Counted from the first letter of the stretch, positions 26,601 through 41,910 are shown. The stretch is 64,000 nucleotides of DNA from Trichoplax adhaerens (GCF_000150275.1 NW_002060955.1:691041-755040); one strand, 5' to 3'. Translations and numbers: made by a program. The notes: a model not told the origin generated them from the sequence alone.

Positions 26601-29600
26601 CCTTTATTTTTATTATGTGTTAATAGGAGATTGCTTGTTTTTTTAATTTTAGCTTTCGGTTACTTTATTTAAAGGCTGTAAATTAAGGAACTGACTTCTA
26701 TTTTCGTTATTTTTGTTAATTATTAGCAGTAGTATTATACTATTGTATCTAATGCAATGTTACTGGTATAGAAACGTATAGAAATATGAATGAGTAACTA
26801 AAATGATAAATACAATGATAAATGATACTTAAGGTAATTAATTAGATCAAGGCATTGTATTTACGCTACAAGTCACTTATTAATATTTTTACTAGAATTC
26901 TGCGTTGTATTCAATTTCTTTTAAAAGTGTTATTTAACAATTGTGAATACGTAGGAATTAATATTAGTAATTAACTATTTCCTGCTAATAAGGTACATTT
27001 ATGGATAAATAGTTCGTAAGCAAGATATAAAAGCACTTACTCTTATAACGTACTGCTATAGTACCATTAGTATTATTAAGTATAAATTTTATAATTTTGG
27101 ACATTAAAATTTACTTAAGTAAAATAGGTCTTAAAATAGGACATTTATATATTTAGAAGATCCTTATGTATTAGCTGATGTACCGATACCTTACTGAGAC
27201 TAAATATAGTAAAACTATTAATAGAGTCTTTTGATATTACGATAATGATTATATGTTTAATGTTATAGTCGCCTTATGTTGTTCTAGACAAGAGTCTTAG
27301 AAAAAGTGGGATAACATAGAAAAATCTATTTATTTATTTAGTAGAGTGATGAAAATCTAAATTAAGATATAGAGATAGCAATAATAGTATGTTTATGCAC
27401 CGATGTTTTGTATATAACTAGGGTTTCTCTTAAAATTAACATAAGTTTTGTTAACGACTATAGTTCAAAACTTGACTTTGTGGCTTTAAGTTAACTTAAG
27501 TTTTTCTAGTTTCAACTACTGAGTTGTGACACTTACAAACTAAATTTCGTAATAAATGATTGTTTAGTGTTTTATGCTTATAGCTCGTCAAGTGATCCAC
27601 CCACGCAGTATAAATTTAAAATAATTTGTTCCAAATTTACGATTTCTATACCTTTTTTATGCCATCATTAAAGAAAGCGGAAACAAATCAGCTGCTTTAT
27701 GACTTTAATTGATAAAAATTAATAACGGCCTATTTGTATTTCTACTAACATCCAGTATGGTGGCTATATTTTTAGACTGCAGGTAAAAATTTAAAATATG
27801 ACGAAATATATTATTATAGTACTATGAAGTGTCATTAGATAAAAATAGACACTGTCGTGTTATATATTAATAAATAATAATTATAATTAATGTAATGATT
27901 CTAATTACCGGAATCCAATAATAAACTAATCAATAGTAAAAAAATAAAGTGACCTAGATCGTTCGTTTGACTGTAAAGCTACAAGTTAAATTTCTTGCTC
28001 TGTTGTCTAGTCTAGGATTACGCAAAAAAAATTATCCACTCCCTTCTACTATGATTATTCATGGCATAAGTCAATGCTACTCTGTGTAAGTTAAGCTTTA
28101 ACAAATATACCATTAATTAAAGAACATTAGTAATTGATGCGGTTCCGGTTACTTGCTGTGTGCTTTCTTACACAATTTAATGCAATAGTTCAAATATACG
28201 CTTTACCACAGTTCAGATGCTAGCAGTATTTGTGTATACTATTACGTACATTTACTACACTTAAACATTATTTATCTTTCCTCTAAGCACATGCTACAGC
28301 TATAATATCAGACAATTCATTAGAAAGATACAGGGAGTATGTTAATTTTGCATTTTTGAATCTATTTATCTATTTACATAACCTGTGTGTATAATTTATA
28401 ATATCATACTGTTGTAATTATGCAATGACACGTGAATAAAATTGCAAAGTCAGTTCTTACTCTTGTAACATTAAGTAGGCTCAGACACATTTCTTTCTTA
28501 AATATTCAGTAATTATTTGAAAAGAATACAGTTTTACTGATTTAATAATGAAAACGCTAAGAAACATTTCATCATCAGTAATAAACTATATACTTTTACA
28601 CCCCTTTACAGTTTAATTTTGATGCTAAATAAATTTATGAATTTGCACGATATGCTGAGATACTGCATTTAATATCATATTTGGCAAGGATGTTCAGCGT
28701 TCATCCAAATTTAACAGCTTTATTATCAAACCCGCTGGGAAAAGAATTCGTGATTGTATGATTTAAATAAAAAGTATCTATCATATTCTGAAAGATATTC
28801 AAAATCATAAAAAGGTTTTATATTAAGATTTAATGAAGTGCATCTATTGATGTTTAACTAGTGAAGGCCCTTCCATTTATGCTTTTTACATATAAAATTT
28901 GATTAGCTATTGTTTAATGGCTAGAAACTATTTACTGCTTTGATAGTAAATATGCTATATCAAGTGTAGCAAATTATTACTGCCTATCCAACGTTGTTTC
29001 GTACATTTATGTACTTGTTAGGTCAATCCCTAACATGATCATTGAAGATACTTGATATTTGATTGAATGAGTAATATAGCAGCCTATGTGTATGCTATTG
29101 ATATGAAATAGACATATTTATTTTGTTTAGAATGTATTCAACTTACGTACTAGACATAGGATTGCTAACGCAGTAAAGTAAAGTCATTTCTTATTTACGA
29201 ATTAAAGTTGCTAGTTTTGATTGTAACTATACTTATGATCACTGCTATTCAAGAAAGACCAATGCTTATGATTGATTTTTTTTAACTATCAATATCAACT
29301 AAAATTACATTTATGATCATAGAATAATAGTTACATTAAACTACGTTTTCCCAAAATCGATGAAAGATCAATTAAATAATATATACCAAAAGATGAAATA
29401 ATGCTAGATTTGATTCTATAACTTATAAGATACGGATAAATTAGGCAACGTAGATCTTGCATTAGGGTTTGCTTAGACAGTTATTAATATCAATAATATC
29501 AAGCTTATTTAAAGTTTGTAAAAGAGCGTCGAAAGTTGATCGGCTTTAAACTTTCCATGACTGTATTACTGTGAAATTCAATAGAAGGAGGTACTACTGT

Positions 29601-32600
29601 ATCGCTATTTCAAACTGATAATGAAATGAATTCTCAAAATAAAATATAATTTTCTCACTTACCCTTTAGACTCCTCTCTTATTTACGACTAGCACCTTCA
29701 CATATGATTAGCTGTTTACATCAACACAATTATCGTTGACGGTTAAAATTGGCATTACTTTATTTTCGAGCTTGAAAAGAAATGCAAGACAATTTAATTC
29801 TTTGATATTGCTATTCTAGTCTTTTAATTGTTATAGTGGTCATTTACAAATAAGATTTGTCTGACGAATCCGATAGTAACCTAAATAACAACTAATAGCT
29901 TACTATAGCCTCAAGCAATCGTAAATGCGAATAAAGCTTTTAGCGAAATACGTTAAGTTTGTACTAGCTTTAATGACAACAATCAATCTCCAATCCTTCA
30001 TCACAATATGTTCACAGACCCTTAATGATTAGAATTACAGTCTTCTCTCATAAGCAGCGGCTTTGTCTCTCATTCATGTTATAAATTTTAATTCTCAGAC
30101 GTTATGTCAATAATAAACAAAAAAATGAACCATAATATATTATGGAATAATAAATACGCTAAAATTATACTTATTTACCTAAGCGTGATTTAACTGAGAT
30201 AATGCGAATACATTATGCTATTTTTTTCTCGAGAGATTTTTTAAACAAGTTAATACCATAAAGTTGATTCTATTCTTAGAACTTGTCGTACGATATATTT
30301 AGTTTCTTATATTCATAGTAATAATTCAAAATGCTACCTTATTTTCTCTTTAATCGATAGTAAATAAGTCTAAATCTGATTATATTGGCATAGCATGTCT
30401 AAAGGAAGCTTTCGATTGCTTATACGAATTCTTTACTACCCTTAAAACAAAAATTTAGTGCATTTATAACTCACTATTTCATTAAGCTTCCTGGCAATGC
30501 GCATTCATTTATTTGCAGTTAACTGTCTATTAATATTTTCATTAGCGTAATGTCATCATTTCTGATTACTGAAATTAATAGAAAAAGATCATTATAATAA
30601 CATTATGCTTTATAGTGCCTTTAAGTTATTGTTAATAAAACTGAAGGTTGAGAAAAGTGGTGTTAGCGCTTTAACATGAAAGCAAATATCGATTAAATGC
30701 CACACTATGTTGGTACATATAAGTTTGATTGATGAGAGCTTGATTAAAACTAAATTAGAAAGATTTTATCTTGATATCAAAGAGGAGATGGTGGTAGTAA
30801 CTCCGTATACAATTAAGAATTAATCTCAGTGCGTACTATCTGTAGTCATAATAAAGCATTTGTAGTTAAGCTATCGTAATATTTACTTGTAGTAACTTAC
30901 AATTCATAGCATATACGATTGCACAATTTAACCAATTATATTAATGTCATATTATAGAAAGCTCAGATGTTACCTATATATCGAAATCTATCATTATTGG
31001 ATACGTAATAAATTGCTATTCATAAGAGGAGTATCCATTACTATCTATACCATTCAAGGATGGCTTCATTAACTAATATACTGGCACATATGTGTACAAA
31101 ATAATCTCAGTCATCCAGATTATGAAAACTGCCGCTGACATTAAACGGCAAGGCTTACGTTAGAAAGTAATCAACTATATGTATATAAAAATTATCTGTG
31201 AGCTACCATACTGTATAGTTCGCTATAAAATTAAATTATAAAAAACTATACATAAATGATCTAGATCGAAAGTAATGTTTTGTGCTTTAACAAATATATT
31301 TCGTAACTAGTTTTGTTACTTGCTAAGTTGATTAAAAATCGTTAACGAAGTGCCAGTATTATAGTAAATAAAAACAAGCTTAATGGAATATAAGTAAGCT
31401 GTGTAATATAATTAATAATCTTATCTGTTTTTAATACGGAAGATAAATGTAAGATGTACCAAGTTAAATTACGCTATGTTCAGATCCAGACGATGATAAC
31501 AGCACCAAGGACGGTGGGATAAAAAGCTTATATGTAAATGAATAGAGATAATGCGGGTAGGGTCGATTGATTTAATAAGCCCATAGATCAACTAAACAGT
31601 TAAGGTCATTAAATATGAATAGATAAAAGAAAAGAATATCAGTGACCTTTAAAGTTATTTTAATCAGCTATTTTTGCCATAGGCAAATCTTATATCAGCT
31701 GAATGATGAGTGGCATGGAACAGTAGGGTCGTTGTGCAACTTTATCAATTATAATTTAATATTACGTTAGAATTAAAACAAAGCCAAGTTCAATTGTAAT
31801 TGCCATTACGATAATCTATACAATTAAAACGCGATTCTTTTCTTTAAATTAATCATTTTTTTTATTGGCCGTAATTTTAAAGCATCTAAGATTAAAACCT
31901 ATTCGTAAAGGCACAAATTAATTAATTCTATCGCTTGACACGACTTTAATTAATCTCTAGTGGTAAATGATTTAATTTGCACCAAAACTACCATTTAGAT
32001 ACAAGAAATCGTTAAATAGCATCAGAATTGATGTTATGTAAAACCAGTAAACTTATTTATCAGCGCAATATCAAATATTGAATATCTGCAACAGCGAACT
32101 CTCTATGTTTTAGTACCCAGCATGAAATTTCATGTTTAAATGCTTACAAAAACAATTGAATCGATTGCAAAGCTGAGCATTTTAACATCACAAGGCTGAT
32201 ATTAGCTTCGCTAACAAATTTTCCGTTATAAGCTAAAATGGATTTTGCTATTATTAAAAGTGAAATATTGAATTATAAGCTATTGACCAAAGTAGAACTT
32301 TAAATCTTAACACTACCTGCACAAGTAACGCCCGTGGATATTTAAATTTCACTTTTACGATATATACGAGCATTCGTACAAATATATATATATATATAAA
32401 TTCATGAACATTCTTCTGATTATTGCTATTGCAATGGTCATTTTGACCGATAAAAACCATTAACATCTGGAAAATGTCGTTATAAATTAGTATTATATTA
32501 TGATGAGATTGTATAGCATGCCAATCTACAATTTTACGCAGGCGCTATACACTGACGAAAGACTGTTTTAAATTCTTACTTTCTGGTTGCATACGAAATC

Positions 32601-32759
32601 ACCAAGCTGATCAAGTCCAGTAGATCCGGAAATAATATATCATATGGCTGGCTAATCTACAACCTTATGTCATGTACTCGAAGGTATTTTAATTTGATTT
32701 CTTTTTCTATACAATTTTAGCACGTCTTATCGAGCAATATATTTTTAACTTTTTTGATG

Positions 32760-35700
32760 TTAGTAGTAAATCTTGTCCACTTTCTTCAAATTGATCTTTA
32801 AGAATTCTGGTTTATCTCTTTCTTCTTCTTGAATTCTATCAGCCTTAATAGGAGATAAATATAAAAATGGAGTGGCTCAATCAAATACTGAAAGTCTTTT
32901 AGATAACATCTTGAATTTGTTTGCTAAAGTTCAAGAAACGATGGAATTGCTACGACTATCAAGATCAAATAATCACAAATGGAGTATTAGATAAAAGTAA
33001 TTAATTCACTTTAAATTATCGCAAAAGGAGCACTAGCTGAGTAGATAAAAGGAATTGATAAAGTTCAAACTATCGTAAGAAAAGCTTTAGCTGATTAAAT
33101 AAAAGGAATTTTAAATGAGAAAACAACGGTATATTGTATGTTACTTTATTGTATCCTTCTAAGTTTAACTATAACATGCTGAAAGAGGAATCGCCCTGAT
33201 ACCCGGAGGATCCTGTTAAGGTTATTGTCATAGTTTTGTTTTATACAGCAAGCTATTCATCTGGATTGTCCTGGCCAGCTTAATAAACTACTTATTTAGA
33301 GCTTTAGCTAAAATATCCTGAATAAACTATTACATAAATGTTTAATTAGTATCCATAAGCGAAAGCTTCGAAGGAGTTATGCCTAATAATGAATTTCGAT
33401 GGGTAATTAGTTCCCTGATGCTTCATTAGTAATAGCTATCGTAGCCATGAAGAATTTTAACTTACTCGGAATCTTCATACCAACACTGTTACATGTGACA
33501 TCATATTTCGGGCTCAATATTAGTCTACTAGTTATCCTCACACTAATACTAAGCTGAAATCACGTAACAAGGATTTATGTACCATTGAAAGATTTAAATT
33601 TATAAGAAGCTCTATCAAAATCTCCCTAGGATAAAGTCCTACTCCAAGAATGGCTTTATTGGAGTAGTATAGGTGCGACAGCTATGGTACATAATACCGT
33701 AATTTGTAAAGTTAAGAGAATTTCGAGATTAATTAGATTTAATGCTAATAGTTTTACAGTATTTATATAAAGTACTTCCGTGTACCACGTCTTAGATCTA
33801 GTGAAATTACTGTATGTAGGAAGTTTACCCTTTGAATACGGTTGGAGGGTAGGAATGCAAGATCTACAAGTATATTTTCAAGGATTCGAACGTTGATGGC
33901 ATTTATCAGTTTCCTTGCGGCAATATATGCCGTATTTTAAGCTTTTCATCATTGCATCCTCTTATCAAGCGAATATTCATGCCCGATAATACTAAGAATC
34001 ATTTTAGATATTTAATTAGGTCATTTCCTTATCGTAAATATTAATTTAATATCTTCGTCTGTGTATTTTGGTTAATTTCATACCGGTATTTAAAACTATA
34101 AACTCAAATTACGAAAGGTTATATAGCTGTTAAATAAGTATTATTAGAATCTGGGCACGGTTAGCGATTCTTACGATTAAGAATTTTTTCAACTGTCGCA
34201 TTATATTTAATTCCAACCATTTACTACAGATTTAGCATACTAAAATTAATTAAAATTTGTCTTAAATTTAATTATTTTCGCCCATATCTGAAATTCTCCA
34301 TTAGTTGTAAATTGTAATGCCGTCTGGTGATAGTAATTGATAAATTTTAAATTTGACAATGATTTGTCTGTACTGTTTAACGAAGTAAACTAGATGGCAA
34401 GACTATATTTATGAACTCATAGTTTCAGAATGATTAGCTCTATTTTTCGCATAAAAGTTAAAAATTGTTTCGTCCTAAAAAGAATACTATATTTTGTTTG
34501 TCTTGTATGAAGGTAAAAATGGAAATGTTTTGTTGCTTACCTCATCAACTTTTTTTGCCATTGCATTTAATTTGGCTGATAGTTCTAAATCGATATTATC
34601 ATCATCAAGACTGTGCACTCTTCGCTGCCTTGATAAAACCATTTTCTTCCATTCGGGCGGCTTTTCTACTAAATCACCGCTAGAATGTATTTAAATCAAG
34701 TTATTCAGAATTAAATTGAAGTCGGTGATGGTTTAGTTTACTAATCAACGGGTATTGTTACAAGTAAATCTCTTCCTGTTATATCATATTGATTGTTAAT
34801 GGATCAAGTATATTTAGTTAAACTATCAAAATAAACGAATCTAAGACAAGCTGCTATTTAAGATTAAATGAATCAAAAATCGAGTTACTGCGAGTAAGTA
34901 ACTAAATGACAAAATTTTAAGTTTCTGATGTTTGCTCATTAGCCCTTCACCAATCATATTTAATAACAGTTTATTAACTTACGCTTTACTGCCAATGCTA
35001 ATATCGCGTGCGATTAACTCCGAATTTTTAGTCAGATCGATATGATTTGGGTCAGCATGCCAACCCTATAGATGATATTAACATTCAATTGAATTGCTGA
35101 AAAACATTTGATTATGTTTATTCTATGTTAATATCGACTTAATGTAATGATTTGATCATTTGGCCAATAAATTAAAAGATATTGATTAACTACTGCTACA
35201 TTATCAGGATTAAATAGGCCATATGTACTATACTTGCATATGAAAAGTAAATAAACAATTGGCACTGTTTAGTCAACAAAGTAGGAACGATGCTATTTTA
35301 TTAGAATTAATAAATAGGGAAACTTTCTCTTGACAAAGATGTTAATCTATAATTATAAAATAGTACTCTAGCCATTCTATGTGTTAGATCTGAGTAGTTC
35401 AGAACTTTATAACTGATGTAAGCTAATAGGGGCTATGTCTAAGATTGCAAGGATAAATTTCATATCGTGGAAATTTTTATCTCTTACCTCCGACAACGAT
35501 CTAGTTTTGGCCTTCAACTTGCCTTTCTTTCTACTATCGCCATCTACTGTCTAAGAAAGAAGATTGGATAGTTGAAATTTAGCTTACTGATTAAAGAGAA
35601 ACATTGTACAATTATTTAGTCACATATATCGCGATCTGATTTATTCCTGATACAAAAGCCACAAGAATAAGGAATGAAGAGCTCAAGAAAAGTCAATTTT

Positions 35701-36531
35701 AAAATTACAGCATTTTTAGCATTCAAAAGCAGTCTGTCGATCAAATAATACATAGAATGGATTTCAAATGCAATCGAAGTTCTAGTTAATACTTTTCTCA
35801 CTAGCCTAGGTGTATTAATTGATGCGGATAGAATGATTTTTTGACAGCAGATTACCAAAAGCATACAAGACCTTGTCTTTCATCTTAGTTTTAAGTCTTT
35901 TTCTCAAAAGTTTAAAGGTAAAGAAAGCTGCTAAGCGGAAAAGATTTATTTTGCAGTCTAAGCAGCACGAATGCTTAAATAATCTAGCAATAAACTCTAA
36001 TCATCCTATGAAAATCATATCCATGTTGTCGTTAACGTCGTTCATCGGGTGTTTTATTGGCATTTTGGGCAGTTAAATACAGTAAATTGTGATTATTAAT
36101 TAATTATCACGGCAAGCTACAGTCTCAATTTGATATAATAGCAAAATTTTTCGTACGATGCAATCCCAAACAGTAGCTTCTCCTTATCTAAATCAATCTT
36201 AGCAAAGCTAGCATCCACGTACCAAAGATTTCTATTCTATGCATTACTAGTTTAAAATTACTTCAAGATATCGCAGAGTACAGACAACTATATCAATAAG
36301 TTCAAAAAATATTGATCCACCAAATCCTAGGAAGTATGAACCTACCTCAACATAGTTTGACGGAGCTAAACCAATTTCTTTTGTATCGATTCGTTTTAAA
36401 GCAACCCATTCGTCAGTAAGATGGTCCACATATAAAAATCGATCACCTTGTTGAAAGCTTAACATGTTTAATTCTTCGCCATCGTACGGATTTTGATAGT
36501 CAAATTTAGCTACGTAGACCTTTCTATCCAT
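32760..36531 (-). CDS. Small protein (~184 aa): N-terminal SH3 domain + C-terminal FAM107/DRR1 (DUF1151)-like region
   Basis: Exons 36346-36531 (SH3: AKFDY..MLSFQQGD..EW..IGLAPSNYVE), 35488-35550, 34983-35065, 34541-34679 and 32760-32843 join in frame with canonical GT-AG. The C-terminal part is KPPEWKKMVLSRQRR..DLELSAKL..IQEEERDKPEFLKINLKKV. SH3 is certain; the FAM107 call is by motif resemblance. Confidence 0.75.
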
Positions 36532-38355
36532 TTTTCTTTATCGATTTGCTTGTACAACAACATGCGTCAATAAAAGATCATGTTATGATGCAGACGATAA
36601 TAATCTATACGATCTGATGCTATGATTGAATATACCACCTTGTTCCCAGCCTTTTTTCTTTCAAGAAACTAGCCATATGAAGAATAGCATCTATTCTTGG
36701 TCATGCCCTTCTCTCCACTTCTACTCCAATCGTTAAGTAGAGTCGATAGATGAATAACTATGGAACAATAACATCGCGACGATCATAATAATTAAAGTAT
36801 TTTCCACTTGGATAGGCTATTATATCGGGAGAGATTTTATTGTTGAAGGGCAAATGAGCTGATTGGTTGTTAAAGTAATTCAACAATAATCTTATCTATT
36901 ATTCGGCCGATATGATATTGATTTAACCATACGGTAACAATAGATCATGATTAATTTTATTGTTATGACTGTTGGGATCTTGTGATCAGCACCTTATTTG
37001 TCTACAAATCTTGACATTTTCTTATTGTATAATTTAGAAATCACTTTTTTGTTCTATAACATCTGTACCTCGCGAACAAAATCAGACTCTTTGTATTTCA
37101 TTTAGAGAGCACAAAATCAAATTTTATTTTCTCATCTTACTTCAAATTTAATATACGAATATTCTTCCTTATTGTATAAAATAGAAGATAAAAGTTGGAC
37201 TGTTTTTCAACTGTTCGTCAGAATACAGATTAATTTTTTGATTAGAAATACGTTGAAGTACAGTTTTTAGTGTGTATAAGTCAGAAATAAATTCATTTAT
37301 TAGCATGATCTTTATAGATAAAAGAAAAATCAAATAACATACCGCTTCTAGCTGGATGCGCCAATAGCTCTCATTTTCTATCAAATACAAACAACATTAG
37401 TAATTTATTCTGTATACATCTGAAAAAGTAGTATGTATTTCGTATGGTAATAGAAAATGATAGCAATAGTTTTAAGGTAATTATTCTCCTTCTGATAGAT
37501 CATATGAAAATGATAGGCTATTTATAAATCATTAAACTCGAAAATTTTAGATCTTTAAGTAACAGAGAAAACGATAAAGCGTATATGTTGTCTTAGTAAG
37601 CTGTAAAAGTGATATTATTCATAAATAACAGCAATAGCATCTCTATAATACTCAAAAACTATCAACCCTCCGCAAGTAGCGGAGTCGTAGAACGTTGATA
37701 ACGTGTAAGATTTAAAGATTAGTATCAAAAATGCAAGTTTAAAGCCAAAAAGAAAATATATCTTAAGAAAATTAAATATTATTATAAATAGAAAAGTAAT
37801 TAATCGTATGATCTTTCAGCCATGCATGCCTGTTTACAGACATAAAGCTAAGCCAGATTCAAATTACTGTTAGATATCTTAAAATTATTATTACGATCCT
37901 CCAGAAATGACTTATTATTTATAATATTATGATTACAAACCTGATATTATTTATCAGAGATTTCATTTCTGTTCTATGGTGTAATTATAACTTTACTGAT
38001 ATATAGGTAGCTCCAATATGTGTAAAATGAAATTACTCTTTTTATTAATAGAAGATGTAGGATATCTATCGCAGGGTTATAGTGAGATTTACAAAAGTAA
38101 TTTGTAAGATGTAGAAATTTTACGTCAGATACGCTAATTTCGAAATCAATCGAATTTACGATTTAGTTGAAGAGCTTCTTCTAATTTTTTAAAGACTTAA
38201 AAGTAATTTTTGATGATTTTAAAATATAACTATGATTGTAAAAAATATTTTGAGGACAGAATAATATATATTATAAACTCCACTATTTTCAGAAATATCT
38301 AAGACTTCACTCTAGTCAAAACTGTATATGAATGTACAGTAGGCGCACATTAAAA

Positions 38356-38416
38356 GTTTTATCTTCGTAAAAACATTCTTATGGGTTTTATCTTCGTAAA
38401 TACATTCTTATGGGTT
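38356..38416. repeat. 29-bp tandem duplication
   Basis: GTTTTATCTTCGTAAA(A/T)ACATTCTTATGG twice. Confidence 0.85.
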
Positions 38417-40344
38417 ATTCGTACCCTGGACTTCATGAAATTGTATTTCAATATTAATTTAGATTATACGTGGAGTACAGACTGTAATAATCATATTATA
38501 CGCAAAATCAACATAAATTATATAAACAATAGGAAAGTCGGTTGTTGACAACGCTATTCGTTTTCTTCTACTTTCACCACCCACTACCTGATTACAATTT
38601 AATAATAAAATCTATTTACTTTATGTCAATACTACCCGTATATTAATAATCGTTAAACATTGAAATCTTACTGTATAACTTTGAATTATAGTTCAATATT
38701 GCTCACCGTATAATAACCAAGTATCCAATTCTTTATTTAGTTTTTAGATGTACATGAAAACAAAGAGAAAATGGCCATGATCTTCGACGATAATAAAGTT
38801 CGTAGATGTGATTAAAATCAGACCAAATAATAGGTTTAAAAATTTTATTCAATGAAATGATTTAAACTATTTAAATAGTTTATTAGTTGTGATAAAGATA
38901 GATATAAGGTTTTAATTCAATATTTTGTAATAAAAGAAATGAAGATTGATTTCTCAACCGCTAATGTAGTGCATAATGGCTATTACTTTACAGAAAACTA
39001 AGACAATAAAAACTAATAGCCTTTGATCGATCTGTCATACGATTTGCTCATGATTTTATTCCTACAGGCTGGATAAATCAACTATGATAGAAAAACAAAG
39101 ATAATTTATCATTTTAATTAGGAACTAACCATGTGATGTGAACTCAGCTATGCATGGCATTTAGCCTAGTTAAAAACGGGAAGAGACTGCGCAAATTGTA
39201 TGTAAACTGTTAGGGTTCATGAATTAAATTTTTCCAATAAATTAACTATGATACAAAAATTAATCCATTGCGTTTATGTAGCAAATATATATCTATGAGT
39301 CAATAATAATTTATACCCATTTATTGATGATATTTGGGCTATCTGATCGATTTTATTGCCTGATTTCTACGGATCAGAATTATTGCAGAGCAGTAAATTA
39401 CGGATTATTTAAAGTCATAGCCGTGATGAATATCAGTAATTTTATTCCTTTTCCTGTACATGCATTTATTAGAACGATTTATTAGAGCTTCCACGAATTA
39501 GCTATGACCAGGAAATGATCACTCGTAATCTTTACATCCTAGAAATTTGGCTTTAGGTGACAAAGACGTGACTAATTATTTATTCATGATTCTTCTAACG
39601 CCACATCTTATTTCGCATAGCTTTCAGCTGGTATCATGCATTATTCTATGGCTAGACTAGTTTGACATAATTATAATATCAATTAGATAAAATACAATTT
39701 CCTTTAAATCTTAAAAAACGCTTGTGAGAAATTATCGTTTCCCTATATTATTTCTAGACATTGTGATTATTTTTGACAAGTATTATCCCATCTGGTCTCG
39801 TACAGAACATAAGGAAAATTTTCGTGTAAACGTATCACAAGACGATTTTCCTATTCTTGTCTTTATATAACAGCGCCATTTTCCTATAAATCTAGGAAAC
39901 TTTTTTCATGAGCTAATCTATTGGAGGCAACGCAATTTCTAATAAATAATTAGACAAAAATTGTAGGTCATCGCAGTTATACAAGTCTTACCTACAAAGA
40001 AACAAGTATGGAATATCGACGATGAATAGCTAATAAAGTAACATAATTGTACGAATAGTCTACAGTTATTAATAACAAACTTTCACCATATTCTAAATAC
40101 AATTATTCATTCACAGATGATACAAGAAATCTTATTATTTATTGTCTTTGCTGTATTTGCAAGACGTGCTTGATATCTTTAAAACTTCTTTTCAATTATA
40201 ATTCTGTTCGGTATAAAATGATTGTAAGAAATATGCTCATGCTATACTTTTTGTATACGAGAATACGCGTATACTAAGTCAAGTTTACTGAGTAGGCATT
40301 TTATAAAGTGAAGCAGGTCAGATGGCAACTTTATAAAAAAGATA

Positions 40345-40575
40345 TCTAATTGATCATAATTATTGTCTAAAGTCACTAAGAATGTTTATAAAATTACCTT
40401 CAAAAAAATATTTTATAAATTAACTATCGACTTTTTTGTAATTTTACAAAATTACCATCCAATTGATTGTTTTATAAAGTCACTAAGAACGCTTATAAAA
40501 TCGTCTATGAAAAAAATATGTTTCATAAATTAGCTATTAACTTCTTAGTAACATGTCAAATTGAATGGTTATTTT
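40345..40575. repeat. Degenerate ~110-bp tandem repeat (about 2 copies)
   Basis: TAAAGTCACTAAGAA..TTATAAAAT...AAAAAAATA...ATAAATTA(A/G)CTAT occurs at ~40368 and ~40475. Confidence 0.6.
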
Positions 40576-41910
40576 ATGAATTGTAAAGACGACCTGATTT
40601 ACTTTTCAAAATAATGACAGACTTGGTTATTTTATAACACGACTAGTTATCTCTTTAATATTAGCAATGATTTAATGACTTTATACAATAGTTTATTACT
40701 TTGTTAAATTATTGGCTTAGTGAATTTGACCTAGCATATATATTATATCGTACTTATATTAAATTTTAAAGAGGTATTTGCTCGACAGCAAAATAAGGGT
40801 ACGCTACATTCATGTGACAGAATCCCGTTTTAGAAATAAAAATTCAAGCCATTATCTAGTGAAGTATTATATAATAAATTCTTAATGACCTTTTACTATA
40901 ATTCTTATAAGTTTATTTGTGCCAGACTAGAAAATGAGACGGTCACAATTGCTGCAAATTTAACGGAATTATCACTTTAAGGTAGATTAGTGAGCCTTAA
41001 CTGTTTTTCTTCAAGTTGATTTTAGAAATTAAGCCTCTATTAAAGTGATGAAAATGTAAGCAGTATCTTAAAGTAGGAGTCTTACACTCAAGTATTTCCC
41101 ACTAGGTTAGATACCTTATCATATAGTAAATATGTGTAATACTGCGGTAGTAATAATGTCAGAATTATAAAAAAAGCTGACTAATAATAAATGTTACGAC
41201 TTAAGCGCTTTTCATGTTACAAGTTATGATAAAAGTTTCAGCTTACGGTATCATGATTAAAACATCAAATAAAGGACGACAATAGTAGAGACTAGATCAA
41301 ATAAATTAATAACTTTTATTTTAATTATGATATTTTATTTAATTAATTAAATCTTTTGCAACAGTATTCTTTGCAGTCAAAATATACCAGTAATTTCGTG
41401 GACATAATTGCCAGATATACAGCTATATACGAATTTAAAATACTTCCACAAATGCAAATCTACAGTATAATTGTAAAATGATGCAAATCTATGATTTACG
41501 GCACTTTTCACAATTAAGCTATAAATTTAAATTTTTATTATGGCCGTCATTATATAAATATCAATTAAGCTATTATTAGCATTATTTGAAAATGTTCGGG
41601 TATATCACAAGCAAAGAATATAGATAGCGCAAGAATTGGACAAAATGTAAATATCTGCAGCTGCTTTAACATTTGAAATTAAACATTTTATCAGCAGCCT
41701 TGGAGACTGTCAAGCCTACAGCAAGATTTGCACGATGCATATATGTTTACTGTTCACATTTTTATGCGTGTTTACGCAAACCTGAAAGTATAGCTAAGCT
41801 TGATAAACAGCAGGGCCAATGTTCAGCAAATCATAAAAACGACAGCCGATATTGCTCTTTAACGTGAGACAAAGCTTAAATTATTTTCACGATTATTATA
41901 TTATACGAAA

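Noticed and set aside
36247-36531. NCKIPSD/SPIN90 as the identity of the N-terminal SH3 gene
   Set aside because: Downstream exons give a short protein ending at 32760 with no armadillo-like SPIN90 region.
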